Shown in pieces: positions 7,505 through 18,000 of a stretch of 54,284 bases of DNA. The translations under genes and the position numbers were made by a program. Origin of the DNA: Pseudomonadota bacterium (GTDB taxonomy: Bacteria; UBA10199; 2-02-FULL-44-16; JBDRGF01). The notes under the pieces were generated by a model. That model saw nothing but the letters and a program-made list of their open reading frames with translations. It made no database searches and was not told the origin of the DNA. Location of the stretch: contig JBDRGF010000020.1 in NCBI GenBank assembly GCA_043818055.1, positions 1-54,284 of the forward strand, given 5' to 3'. Position 1 is the first letter of the stretch. Each line of letters begins with the position of its first letter.

Positions 7505-10216
7505 ATGCATCTTTTAGTTGAACAAGCGCTCAAATCCAGAAAAGATGGAGATATCAGGCGCGCCCTTTCCCTTTTTGAAGAGGCGATCAGCGTTGAGGGT
7601 GAAACACCCTTTCTCCTCACCAACCTCGGATATTCCTTATTACAGCTGGGAGAATTAACTCAGGCGAGACTCGTGCTGGAAAAGGCATTAAGACAGGACC
7701 AACAGAATACATATGCCCTAAATCATCTCGCCCATGTGGCAGAGAAGGAGGGAAAACATAAAGAACAGATCGAACTCCTCTCCGAATCCGTGCGGCTAAA
7801 ACCCGACGAAATAACTACCAGGGTTTCGCTTGTCTGGGCGTTGATAAAAACAAAAAAGATGAAGAGTGCAATCCCGCATGCAATATGGTTGTCGGAACAA
7901 AAAAAATCCGATATCAGAGCGCTCAAGGCGGCAGCTATAACATTTGAACGTGCGGGAATGAAAGATGAGAGCAAAGAACTTTTAAAAAAAATCGCCTCAA
8001 TATCACCAGGCTCTGGATTCGTTGCAAAAGCGCTTTTGGATCTCAGTGACGGAAGCGATGGCGATAAAATCGTTGAGATCGCACGGCTGCTGAAGATTCC
8101 CGGCAATCGCAACAACTTTGAACTTCATACCACGTATATCAAACTGCTCGAATCAACAGGCGAACATCAAAAGGCGATCGATGCGGCCAGAAATATGGTT
8201 AAGCTCTTCCCTGATAACTGGAGAGTAAAAAAGGCATTTGCTCATATGCTGGTGAGGATGAACCGCTACGAAGAAGCGATATCCGATATCTTCGAGTGTC
8301 TCAAATCCGATCCTGGAGATTTTTATCTGCACAACGCACTGCTTAAGATCGCGAAAAACACCGGATTGTCTGAAACAATCTATTCGCTCTATACGGAGAT
8401 AATAAAAATTCACCCCGGCGACAAGAGGCTGCTTGGGCGACGCCGTCGCATACAGAAGATGATGGAAGATCTGGACATCGCCGCGGAGAAACAAATTGAT
8501 AAGCCAGAGGTCGAGCCGGACAGACAAACAGCTGAAGATTTGCATTCTGCCCTGGAAAAGCATTTCGGTTATAAGAGTTTCAGAGCAGGACAGGAGATGG
8601 TGATACGTGAGATCATCGCGGGTAGATCAACTCTTGCCGTCATGCCAACTGGGCGTGGCAAATCGCTCTGTTTCCAGCTGCCATCTCTCATGCGTGATGG
8701 ATTAACTATAGTGGTGAGCCCTCTCATCGCCCTAATGAAAGACCAGGTGGAGGAACTCAATAGAAGGGAAATTGCCGCCGCGGCACTGAACAGCTCTCTC
8801 ACTATGGATCAGCAGGAAGAGGTTTTACGTCGTGCAGCCCAGATGAGTTACAAATTTCTCTATGTTGCCCCTGAGCGTTTCAAGGTATCCTCGTTCATAG
8901 ATCTCCTTCCAGGCCTCAAGTGCACGCTATTTGTCATTGATGAGGCTCACTGCATCTCCCAGTGGGGACACGATTTTCGCCCGGACTATCTGAGGCTTTC
9001 TAACGCCGTCTCGCTCTGTGGCCACCCGCAGATAGCGGCTATGACCGCCACAGCAACACCCGAGGTTCAGGATGATATCATCAGACAGTTAAAAAGTGAA
9101 GTCATGTCAAAATTCGTCACCGGATTCGAGCGTCCCAATCTCTCCTTCACCGTAACAGAGGTTGACTCCGATTCTAGCCGTGAGAAGAGACTGATGGAGC
9201 TTCTAAAAAGTGAAAATCTTCCTGCAATCATATATACATCATCGCGCAAAAGGGCTGAAGAGGTCGCCACAATAGTTGCAGCTGCCGAACTCACTGTCGG
9301 CGTCTATCACGCGGGTCTGGAACACGACGAGAGGACGCGCGCTCAGGATGAGTTCATGAGCGGCAAACTCAGCGTGATCGTCGCCACCAACGCCTTTGGC
9401 ATGGGGGTCGATAAGGCCGACATCCGCCTCATTGTCCACTACCAGATGCCGGGATCAGTTGAGGCGTATTATCAGGAGGCCGGTCGGGCCGGTCGCGACG
9501 GAAAGCCTTCTCACTGCGAACTTTTCTTTTCTTTCGCGGATAAACACATTCACGATTTTTTTATCGATGGATCGAATCCAACTCCAGGAGAGATACGCGA
9601 TGTTTATCAAATGCTCCTGGATGAAAGAAACGACAGCATTGAGATCCCTATGCGCACCATCGCAAAGAGGCTCGATCTGTCATCCGACATGATCGTGGGA
9701 AGCGCGTTGAGCCTGCTCGAACGTATGAACGTGATAGAGAGGTACTCCGCAAAGTCGCTGGCTCAGATTAAAATCGGGGATTCCTTTTTGTTAAAGCCTC
9801 CCGGGAAACAAGCCTCAATCCAGCATCGACTCTGGCAATGGATCAAGCTGGAATCGGGCAATTGCGATAAGAGAACCATCGAAGTTGATCTGACAACCCC
9901 TATGACAGAAACAGCTCTTACAGAGGAACAGATAGTGAGGGGGTTTAAATCGATGGAGTCATCCGGATTAGTCGAATACAGGCCTCCATTTCGCGGAAAG
10001 ACTATCCTCATAAAACAGCGTATCGATCCCACCCGGCTCCCGATAGATGAGGATGCCCTCGCAAAAAAGAGAGAGCTCGATGAGGCCAAGCTATCGAAGA
10101 TGATACACTACGCCCACTCCAAAAGTTGCCGCCAGCAGCACCTCATCAATTACTTTGGAGGAAGGGCTGTGAAATGCGGGACGTGCGATGTGTGTAGGGG
10201 GAAGAGAAGATGCTGA
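7505..10216 (+). CDS. RecQ-family DNA helicase with an N-terminal TPR array (~320 aa)
   Basis: TPR-like helical repeats, then FGYKSFRAGQE, MPTGRGKS, DEAHCISQWGHDFRPDY, ATNAFGMGVDK, YYQEAGRAGRDG and a C-terminal Zn site CRQQHLINYFG..CGTCDVC. Confidence 0.92.
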   Translation: MHLLVEQALKSRKDGDIRRALSLFEEAISVEGETPFLLTNLGYSLLQLGELTQARLVLEKALRQDQQNTYALNHLAHVAEKEGKHKEQIELLSESVRLKPDEITTRVSLVWALIKTKKMKSAIPHAIWLSEQKKSDIRALKAAAITFERAGMKDESKELLKKIASISPGSGFVAKALLDLSDGSDGDKIVEIARLLKIPGNRNNFELHTTYIKLLESTGEHQKAIDAARNMVKLFPDNWRVKKAFAHMLVRMNRYEEAISDIFECLKSDPGDFYLHNALLKIAKNTGLSETIYSLYTEIIKIHPGDKRLLGRRRRIQKMMEDLDIAAEKQIDKPEVEPDRQTAEDLHSALEKHFGYKSFRAGQEMVIREIIAGRSTLAVMPTGRGKSLCFQLPSLMRDGLTIVVSPLIALMKDQVEELNRREIAAAALNSSLTMDQQEEVLRRAAQMSYKFLYVAPERFKVSSFIDLLPGLKCTLFVIDEAHCISQWGHDFRPDYLRLSNAVSLCGHPQIAAMTATATPEVQDDIIRQLKSEVMSKFVTGFERPNLSFTVTEVDSDSSREKRLMELLKSENLPAIIYTSSRKRAEEVATIVAAAELTVGVYHAGLEHDERTRAQDEFMSGKLSVIVATNAFGMGVDKADIRLIVHYQMPGSVEAYYQEAGRAGRDGKPSHCELFFSFADKHIHDFFIDGSNPTPGEIRDVYQMLLDERNDSIEIPMRTIAKRLDLSSDMIVGSALSLLERMNVIERYSAKSLAQIKIGDSFLLKPPGKQASIQHRLWQWIKLESGNCDKRTIEVDLTTPMTETALTEEQIVRGFKSMESSGLVEYRPPFRGKTILIKQRIDPTRLPIDEDALAKKRELDEAKLSKMIHYAHSKSCRQQHLINYFGGRAVKCGTCDVCRGKRRC

Positions 10217-10240
10217 AACAAAAGGAGAAATTTAAATCAT

Positions 10241-10269
10241 TTGACATTTGGTTAATTTAAGTGTATTTG
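10241..10269 (+). promoter_or_regulatory. Possible sigma70 promoter of the MntA/HepT pair
   Basis: TTGACA (10241-10246), 17-nt spacer, TATTTG, directly before the start codon. Confidence 0.4.
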
Positions 10270-10270
10270 A

Positions 10271-10948
10271 GTGAATATTATGGCACAAGAAGAAGAACAT
10301 TTATATACACCGGAGGAAATAGCAAAACAGCTAAAGCTCAACAAAAGAACCATCTATCGTTATATTCGCGAGGGAAAACTAAAAGCGGCTAAGTTTGGCA
10401 GAGTATATCGCACAACCAAGACACAACTGGATTCTTTCATCGCCCAGTCTGTCGATGCTGATGAAGTAAACGAACAAAAAGAAGCGGGATTAAAACAAAC
10501 CGACCCAAAAAAGCCTCAATTTCAAATAAATATTGAAGAGGTCAAAGGAGAAATATCCAAACTCTGTAGCTCACATCACATCAAGCTGCTATATCTCTTT
10601 GGCTCAGCCGCCTCAGGCAAGATGGGTACTATGAGCGATGTCGATTTTGCTTTTCTATCCGATGACGAAATTCATTTGAATATTCAGATTGAAATCGCAC
10701 ACAAAATTGCGCAAATGATTGGAGTTGAAGAAGTTGACCTTGTTGATTTACACGATGCTACACCGCTTCTCCTCTTCGAGGTCATCGATAAGGGTATTTT
10801 GCTCTTTCGGGTTTCAGATCTGACGCGTGCAGAATTTGAGTTTTATGCGATATCAAAATATCTACAAACAGTCTCACTCAGAAATCAGTTCAGCAAGTAT
10901 TTGCGCCAGACTGTTCAGGGAGGGAATTTCTATGTCGATTCTAAATAG
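10271..10948 (+). CDS. mntA: Excisionase-like HTH fused to an MNT-family nucleotidyltransferase (MntA antitoxin, type VII TA)
   Basis: N-terminal LYTPEEIAKQLKLNKRTIYRYIREGKLKAAKFGRVYR (HTH_17); C-terminal LYLFGSAASGKMGTMSDVD (GS-x10-DxD) and VDLVDL. Start may be ATG 10280. Confidence 0.88.
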   Translation: MNIMAQEEEHLYTPEEIAKQLKLNKRTIYRYIREGKLKAAKFGRVYRTTKTQLDSFIAQSVDADEVNEQKEAGLKQTDPKKPQFQINIEEVKGEISKLCSSHHIKLLYLFGSAASGKMGTMSDVDFAFLSDDEIHLNIQIEIAHKIAQMIGVEEVDLVDLHDATPLLLFEVIDKGILLFRVSDLTRAEFEFYAISKYLQTVSLRNQFSKYLRQTVQGGNFYVDSK

Positions 10949-11363
10949 AGACATCATAGATGCGCGAATTCAAAAAATACGCATCAGCGCAAACAAACTT
11001 AAACGCTATGTGAATATGAGCTATGATGAATTTGTCGAGGACTCCGACAACATAGACATCGCCGAGAGAAATCTGGAATTAGCAATCGAAGCGATGCTGG
11101 ATATTGGCAATCATATTATCGCCAGCCTATGTTTTGAAAAACCGAACGACTATTTTGATATAGTGATTACATTAGGAAGGCACAAAGTCATACCAAATGA
11201 TTTTGCTCAAAAGGTGGCGCCTTTGGCTGGTTTAAGAAACAGGCTTGTTCACGATTATTTAGGGATAAATTATAAAACCCTGCACAAAAATATTAAAGAG
11301 AGCCTCTTAGATTTTGAAACCTTTTCCAAAGAAATTTTGTCTTTTGTTGAAAAGACTAAATGA
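10932..11363 (+). CDS. hepT: HEPN/DUF86 RNase toxin HepT
   Basis: Start re-called at MSILNRD (10932), overlapping the mntA stop; ERNLELAIEAMLDIGNHII and RNRLVHDY (Rx4HxY). Confidence 0.9.
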   Translation: MSILNRDIIDARIQKIRISANKLKRYVNMSYDEFVEDSDNIDIAERNLELAIEAMLDIGNHIIASLCFEKPNDYFDIVITLGRHKVIPNDFAQKVAPLAGLRNRLVHDYLGINYKTLHKNIKESLLDFETFSKEILSFVEKTK

Positions 11364-11374
11364 AGATGCACTCT

Positions 11375-14245
11375 TCATTTGAATAATCCACTCAACACAT
11401 CCTTGATCCCTGTGATCAGTTCTTTCGGGGGTTTGGTTATCTTGAGATTTATCTCATCTCCATCGTCTTCCATCCTGAGATTTAACAATCCGGGCTTTAG
11501 GTTTTTGAGATTGTCATCTCCAAGCCACGATCCAACCGCCCTCATTATATTTGTTAGATCAATTGATTTAACGGTGGCATTCTCCTGTGGCGCTGCCTTA
11601 GTTTCAATGTTGCCGTCTGCCTCAACCGCTTTCAACTTTTCTTCAATGATCTCCTCTTTTTCCCTGTCGATGACGCCTTCATCCTTTGCGCTGTCGATCA
11701 GATCATCTCCCATGATAGTCTTTAGTCGGCTGATGAAGTCGCTTCCTTTTTCAAACGTGATATCGTCGGTCTTGCCATCGAATACCCCGTCAAAGAGAAT
11801 CCCCTTGTTGCAGACCGCATCGTAAACGCGCTCTTCGATGCAACCGCTCGATATAAAATTTATGACGTTCACCGTATTCTTTTGGCCTAAGCGATGCACT
11901 CTTGAAATCCTTTGATTCAGGACAGCAGGGTTCCATGGCATCTCAAGATTGATGACAAAGCTGGCGGACTCCTGTAAATTGAGGCCGACACCACCCGCAT
12001 CAGTGGAAAAGAATATGCGAAGCTTCGGATCGCTTATGAATCTGTCTATCACCGTTGACCTGAGTTTGACAGGCATCGAACCGGAGAAGATGACAGAATC
12101 AATCTTCTTTTTGAGCAGCACGTCTCTCAATGTTGCCTGAGCCAGCTTCAACATCCTCTCCCATTGACTGAAGATGACAAACTTGCAGTCCGGCTTCTCC
12201 AGCAGATCCTCCATCACCGCACGGAACTCCAGGAGTTTTGGGGAATGAAAGTTCCTTATCTCAGATGACGACAGCGGTGACGGGTTTTCAATGATCGGCT
12301 TGTATTTTTCCCAATCGTGCTGTGCCAGCGCATTGCTGACAATCCGCATACAGTTCAAACACATGAGGACGCGCTTTATCTCCGCCGGTGTGAGAGGCCG
12401 AATTTTAAGTTTACTCAATGTCTTTGCAAGGGTTGCCTGGTAATCGTTGTGATATGAGAGCTGCGCGCTGCTGATTTCGGTCACGTACTGATTTGTTATC
12501 TTTTCCGGCAACTCGCTTAAGACTGTTGCCCTCTCCCTCCTGATAAAGAATGGGGATATCTTTTTCCTAATACCTGAAAGATTTGAGTAGCCTGTCACCT
12601 TATCGTGTGCGTCCAGATTTGCGTGTGCCGGCATGAGTCGCCACATAGGCCCCAATGCCCTTGGGTGCAAAAATTCACACAACGAATGAAGTTCTATCAG
12701 CTTATTCTCAAACGGCGTGCCGGTTAAGACTATGGCAAATTTGCTTTTGAGTCTCTTGATGCCTTTTGCCGTCTTCGTCTCCCAGTTTTTAATGCGCTGT
12801 GCCTCGTCGAGGATAATCATATCCGGTTTTAATACATGAAAAAATTCCTCATCCCTGAAGATCAACTCGTAATTGACAATTAAAAATGTAGCAGAAGATT
12901 TGAGATAGATATCACCACGCTCTTTCCTTTGACCCGTTACAATCTGAACATCTTCCCTGGTCATCTTCTCTATCTCCCTCTTCCACTGGTGTTTCAAAGA
13001 TGCAGGCGCGAATATCAGCACTTTTTTTATTCCCTCTATCCTCCTGATTATTGTTGCCGCGACAATCGCCTGAACTGTTTTGCCAAGCCCCATGTCGTCA
13101 CCGATGAAAACGCGCCTGTTGCGTATTGCAAAGAGTATGCCCTCCTTCTGATAATCATATAGCCTTACCGGCAGATCCCCAACAACTCTATTCCATTCAC
13201 TCGAACTATGTGGAGAGGCTAGTATTTTATCTATTCTCTCTTCCCATTTGGACTGGCCATCCAGATCTGAAATCATTTTTTCAACTTCAATGGAAACGAC
13301 TATCTTCGGGGCTTTACCCTGAGGAAAACAGTTATCTATCTTTTTTATTACGTGCTCGTATTGTTTTTGGGCTGAGATACTATTTTGCCATCTATAAAGA
13401 TAGCCCTCATCCGACCAGGGTTTATCTATGACCTTAGTTTTAGAAAAAAGAGTGCTTAGAATTTTTGCGTCATTGGCATGGAGATGTATCTCTTCAAGAG
13501 GGGATATGCCCGCTTTGAAAGAGTTACGCGGTTTAATGGATATCCAGATATTGTTATCATTGCGCTTCAATTTTGTTTTTCCACGCATTTTCTTTGTAAT
13601 GTGGTCATTCACCAGTTCGATATGCTTACACGTTCCCAATTCGTTGATCAGATAATCGGGACAGTTGCAGGTGGATTGTTCCAGCGCCTGAGCATCTCTG
13701 ACAAGGACAGAATACTGATGATCGTAGGTGCCTGAAGAAACTTTATATTCCCCTGTAAGCATCCCTTTTGGTCTATCGGCAATTCTGATCGTTTCCAAAA
13801 TCTTTTTTGTACGACGCCTTTTAATCTCAAGTTGAGCGATTTCATCAATGTGACCCTCTCTGTCAAAGCAACAGGGTTCAGCCTGCCCTTTTCCGATCTC
13901 TGCTTCCGAAGAAAAATTATCTTCGGTCATCTGTTCCTGATAGTATAAGAGAACAGCGACTACATGTTTACACAGAGGTTCCCAATCGTATGGACAGGAA
14001 CACTCGACCTCTGGCGTGCCATCGTCATTCCACCGGATATCGACAGAATACGTCTCGGATCCTTCGACTTCGGCACTGATATTGTTATCGTCATCTATTT
14101 CAAATGAGATCACCCGATTATCGCGATAGTATTGAACCCCGCGCTGATATATCTTGGTCGATGCCCATTCTTTGATGTTAAATTCTGTCGGCGAATTCGG
14201 ATTTCCAAAGATGTGTGATGACTGTTCATTTGAATCAACTTGCAT
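11375..14245 (-). CDS. SNF2-family ATPase/helicase with two SWIM zinc fingers
   Basis: CSCPYDWEPLCKH and CNCPDYLINELGTCKH SWIM motifs; YQKEG, GDDMGLGKT, DEAQRIKN, LTGTP, STDAGGVGLNLQ, PWNPAVLNQRISRVHRLGQ. Confidence 0.92.
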   Translation of the reverse strand: MQVDSNEQSSHIFGNPNSPTEFNIKEWASTKIYQRGVQYYRDNRVISFEIDDDNNISAEVEGSETYSVDIRWNDDGTPEVECSCPYDWEPLCKHVVAVLLYYQEQMTEDNFSSEAEIGKGQAEPCCFDREGHIDEIAQLEIKRRRTKKILETIRIADRPKGMLTGEYKVSSGTYDHQYSVLVRDAQALEQSTCNCPDYLINELGTCKHIELVNDHITKKMRGKTKLKRNDNNIWISIKPRNSFKAGISPLEEIHLHANDAKILSTLFSKTKVIDKPWSDEGYLYRWQNSISAQKQYEHVIKKIDNCFPQGKAPKIVVSIEVEKMISDLDGQSKWEERIDKILASPHSSSEWNRVVGDLPVRLYDYQKEGILFAIRNRRVFIGDDMGLGKTVQAIVAATIIRRIEGIKKVLIFAPASLKHQWKREIEKMTREDVQIVTGQRKERGDIYLKSSATFLIVNYELIFRDEEFFHVLKPDMIILDEAQRIKNWETKTAKGIKRLKSKFAIVLTGTPFENKLIELHSLCEFLHPRALGPMWRLMPAHANLDAHDKVTGYSNLSGIRKKISPFFIRRERATVLSELPEKITNQYVTEISSAQLSYHNDYQATLAKTLSKLKIRPLTPAEIKRVLMCLNCMRIVSNALAQHDWEKYKPIIENPSPLSSSEIRNFHSPKLLEFRAVMEDLLEKPDCKFVIFSQWERMLKLAQATLRDVLLKKKIDSVIFSGSMPVKLRSTVIDRFISDPKLRIFFSTDAGGVGLNLQESASFVINLEMPWNPAVLNQRISRVHRLGQKNTVNVINFISSGCIEERVYDAVCNKGILFDGVFDGKTDDITFEKGSDFISRLKTIMGDDLIDSAKDEGVIDREKEEIIEEKLKAVEADGNIETKAAPQENATVKSIDLTNIMRAVGSWLGDDNLKNLKPGLLNLRMEDDGDEINLKITKPPKELITGIKDVLSGLFK

Positions 14246-14303
14246 ATTTCCCCCTGTTAAACATTTAACACAAATATCACATTGACATCAAAATTTTTCG
14301 TGT

Positions 14304-14759
14304 TCACCTCTTCTTCTCAAACTTCACAAGCTTAATCGATTCCACATTCACAAGGCCACTGAGGGCTTCAGGAAGATCGGTCAACCAGTTCGCGCGTCTG
14401 GCCAGGCTCCTGAAAGATACCCAGTTGATACTTGATACCTTTTCCAAAAGCCCCAGCTCCTTCATCCGTATTTCAAACGATTTATGCTCCGGGTCGCTTC
14501 TCTTCGGATAGCTCACGCGGATATCATCTCTTATCATGATCGCATTGTCGCTCGCATCGGAATAGCGCAGGATTCCATCCTCGCCAGACTTTGCGATGAT
14601 CGTCGTTTCGATGAGGGCTTGCATCGTTTTGATCCTTTCAACCTCCATAAGCAGCTCCCTCTTTCTCACATCGAGCAGGGCGTATTCAGATACAAGTGAG
14701 ATTCCATCACACCCGGCATATCTATCCGGCGGCTTTGAAGAATAAGAATCAACTGACAT
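14304..14759 (-). CDS. Hypothetical protein (151 aa) with coiled coil, likely co-transcribed with the SWIM-SNF2 gene
   Basis: Start re-called at MSVDSYS (ATG 14759) with AGGAGG SD; 58 bp from the SNF2 start. Confidence 0.7.
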   Translation of the reverse strand: MSVDSYSSKPPDRYAGCDGISLVSEYALLDVRKRELLMEVERIKTMQALIETTIIAKSGEDGILRYSDASDNAIMIRDDIRVSYPKRSDPEHKSFEIRMKELGLLEKVSSINWVSFRSLARRANWLTDLPEALSGLVNVESIKLVKFEKKR

Positions 14760-15041
14760 AAAAAACCTCCTGAGTGGGAGCGATATAGTGAATTTGTTTA
14801 TAGATGGCAATGTTTTTTCCCCGACCAAAACTACTATCACCTCCATCTCCTTTAATGCCATTTTTCCACTTTGCCATAACATAATAGAAATGATAGAATT
14901 TCGTAAGGGATTAAAGACTTTATTGCTACTGCCCCTCTGGTTATGCGGCATTTCATCCAGGCCGCCCAGAAAAAGATTTAGAAGTCAAATTTCCCCTCCC
15001 CAAAACTCCATTTTCTTTCCATTTGACACCCCTCTCCCACC

Positions 15042-18000
15042 ATGGTTACTTCCCCCGCAATGACCCTTACAATTCGCCAGGTTATTGATGTTCCCATTGT
15101 TGAGACGGTAGTGCGTCTTGCGGATACCGCAGTTTCTACTCGCAGGGAGAATCTGGTACGTGAGTTCGTCCTGACAAGGCAGGTTGAAAGAAACTTAAGC
15201 GCGCTCTCCCAGTCGATCAAAGAGGCAAAAGGGCGTGGCTACTTTCTTCTTGGCACTTATGGTTCCGGAAAGTCGCACCTTCTCTCCTACATTTCACTTG
15301 TCGCCTCAGGTGAGGTGGAGGTGAAAAACAAAGCCTGCCCGCTTTGCGTCGCGCTCGGCAAAAAGAGGTTCTTGCCTGTGCGTATCTCCCTCATCTCCGT
15401 GCGGGGTAAAAAACCGCTTGAGGATGCCGTATTGGAGGGGATGCAAAGGGCGCTGCGCTCATGCGGAAGCGCCATCAACCTCACGCGCAGGGCAAAATTC
15501 CTCGAATATGTGGATACCGCCATCCGCCCGCTCGACTCGAAAGGGTTGGACACCTATCTCATCAAACACAGTTTAGCGCCCTGGAAAGAGCTCCTGAATG
15601 ACGAGGAGAGAGCGGCCACAGCCGCTTGGGGATACTTAAGAACACTCTCCACTCAACCGATGGTGCCGGATCCGGCGCCGGAGTCGCTGCTTAAATCTGC
15701 AATCGATGAAACTCGCGCACGAAGCTTTGACGGCATGATGATCGTCATAGACGAACTATCTGAATTTTTGCGCTCCAAACCATCACGGGCTTTACTTAGC
15801 GACGACGCCCGATATCTCCAGCTACTGGGTGAAATTTCACAATCAGAACCTCTTTGGATCGTCGCATCCCTTCAGGATGCGATAGAACAGACCGGCGATA
15901 TCGCAAGGGATGTGATCCAGAAAATCAAGGATCGCTATCCGGTAAGGCTCATGCTCGACGAACGGCACATCCGCGAGTTGATCGATGGGAGATTGATAAA
16001 AAAACAAAATGGCTTCCGCGACAAGATACGCGATGTCTGGCAGAGTTTCAGAGAAACATTGCCGGGATTTGATCCAGACTTCGAAACCTTTTTTAGAATC
16101 TATCCGATACATCCCGATACGATTCGTTATCTGGAAAATCTCTCTCCCTTACTTTCAGCACAAAGAGGCGTTGTCGATTTCATAGTGACACAGGTGCGGG
16201 GAAATAAAGAAAAAGGTGTGACCGGCATAATGGATGAACCTCTGGATTCCCTGATCACAGTTGACAAAATATATGAGCACTTTTGCGAGAGGATAAGGGA
16301 AGACACCAGATTTTCCGAGTTCGATACAAAAGTGAGACGCGACATTCACAGAACGATTGAACAGATTTTCGATGATGATCACGATAAGCAGCTAGCCAGG
16401 CGGGCATGCGACGTGTTAATATTGAATGAGATAGCGTCGCTCGAAAAACCAAAGAGCGTTTCAGAGCTTGCAAAAATCCTCCTCTCGAAAGTCACCAGCA
16501 TCTCCCCTCAATCGAATGAAGAATATCTCTCCGATGTGATACTCATGCCGCTTCATAAGAAGTCCTTGTTTTTGCACTGCGATAAAAAAGACAGGGCAGG
16601 AGAACATGTTTTTCGTGTCACGCTGGAACGCGACAAAAGGGGTCTCTTTCAAAAAGAACTGAACAGAGTGCTATCGGGAGTCTCCAAAGAGGATTTAAGG
16701 GTAATAAGAAAAGCGTGCCAGATGATCGACAGCCAGCTTCCATTTAAAGATCTGTTGCGGGGAGAAAAGACGGAGCTTCTGATCTCGTGGAGAGGCACTC
16801 AAAGAAAAGGGATTGTGTGTTGGGCTGAAAATGCTGACCTCGATGACATCGAACACATGATCGATGAGAGCGATTGCGATTTCGGACTCCTGATCTCTCC
16901 AAACAAGACTCTATCTGAGGTAAAAATACCAAAAAACCTCCTCCTCTGGGTACCGCAGTGGAAGGATGAGGAATTGTTATCTCTTAGAAATTACTACGGC
17001 GCCCTCTCTCTCTCTGAAGAAAATTCACAGGCAGGCGTTGAAGAGGCTGTGAGATTGGAAGCCAAAACCGCGGTAGAAGAGAACTCACCAAAGATCGCCC
17101 ACATAGTTGAATGCGCATTTAAGAGGGGAGAGTTTTTCTCCTCCGTGTTTGATAAACCTTTGCCTGCTGATGGCACGAGAGATGTTGGAACCAATTTCAT
17201 GGAGAGATGCGCATCCAGCGCAATACTCAAATTGCTCGAAAACAGACACCCCCGATTTTTAGAAGTAGCTCCACAAATAGATTTTATTTCAAGGCGCATC
17301 CTTTCCCCGCTCATAGACGCTATTCTTTCACCCGGGCGGATTTCAATGGCTGCCGCAAGAAAGAACCACACGCTTCATATGATTGAAGGCGTTTTAGTTC
17401 CGATGGGATTGGCAAGGGCATCGGGGTCATCATTTGTAATACATCTTGATCCGGCCGTCTCTCACCTCGTGCGAGAGGTAATGCAGATGGTAGATGGAGG
17501 GGAGAACAAAATCAGCAAGGTGTTGGATAATTTTCGCAAGGGACCGTATGGATTGACCTCCGATCTTGCAGCTCTGCTTATCGTTACCATGGTCAGAGGT
17601 GGATTGATAGAGCTGCTTAAAGGAACCAGACGAATTCCGTCCGCTATTGTGAATTTTACTCATATGGATGAAGCTGATGAGATTCAGGCTGGAGAACTCA
17701 TACAAGGGGAGCTACGGGAACGTTTTTTCAAGGACGGCATCCTTTGCAGGTTTGCAGACCGAACACATTTTTCCCTGATCGCGCAACGTGATGGATGGGA
17801 ACAGCTTATCACCCATCGCGATCGCTTCAAAAAAATGGCGGGAGAGATCTCACCTAAAATCAGTGAGCTCAGTTCATATCCTCTTTTTGATTCGTTTGAC
17901 TTCGATCGTGTTCGTTCTCTTTTGGAACATGGCGAGGAGGGGTTTGATAAAGTCAATGATAAGCTCTCATCATCCAGGGGACTTGAAAAATATCTTTCAA

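Noticed and set aside
14760..14951. Longer starts in the ORF track for 14304.., 6938.., 46846.., 10827.., 3302.. and 32094..
   Set aside because: Downstream ATGs fit better (SD sites or family-like N-termini), and the extensions mostly overlap promoters, repeats or neighbouring genes.
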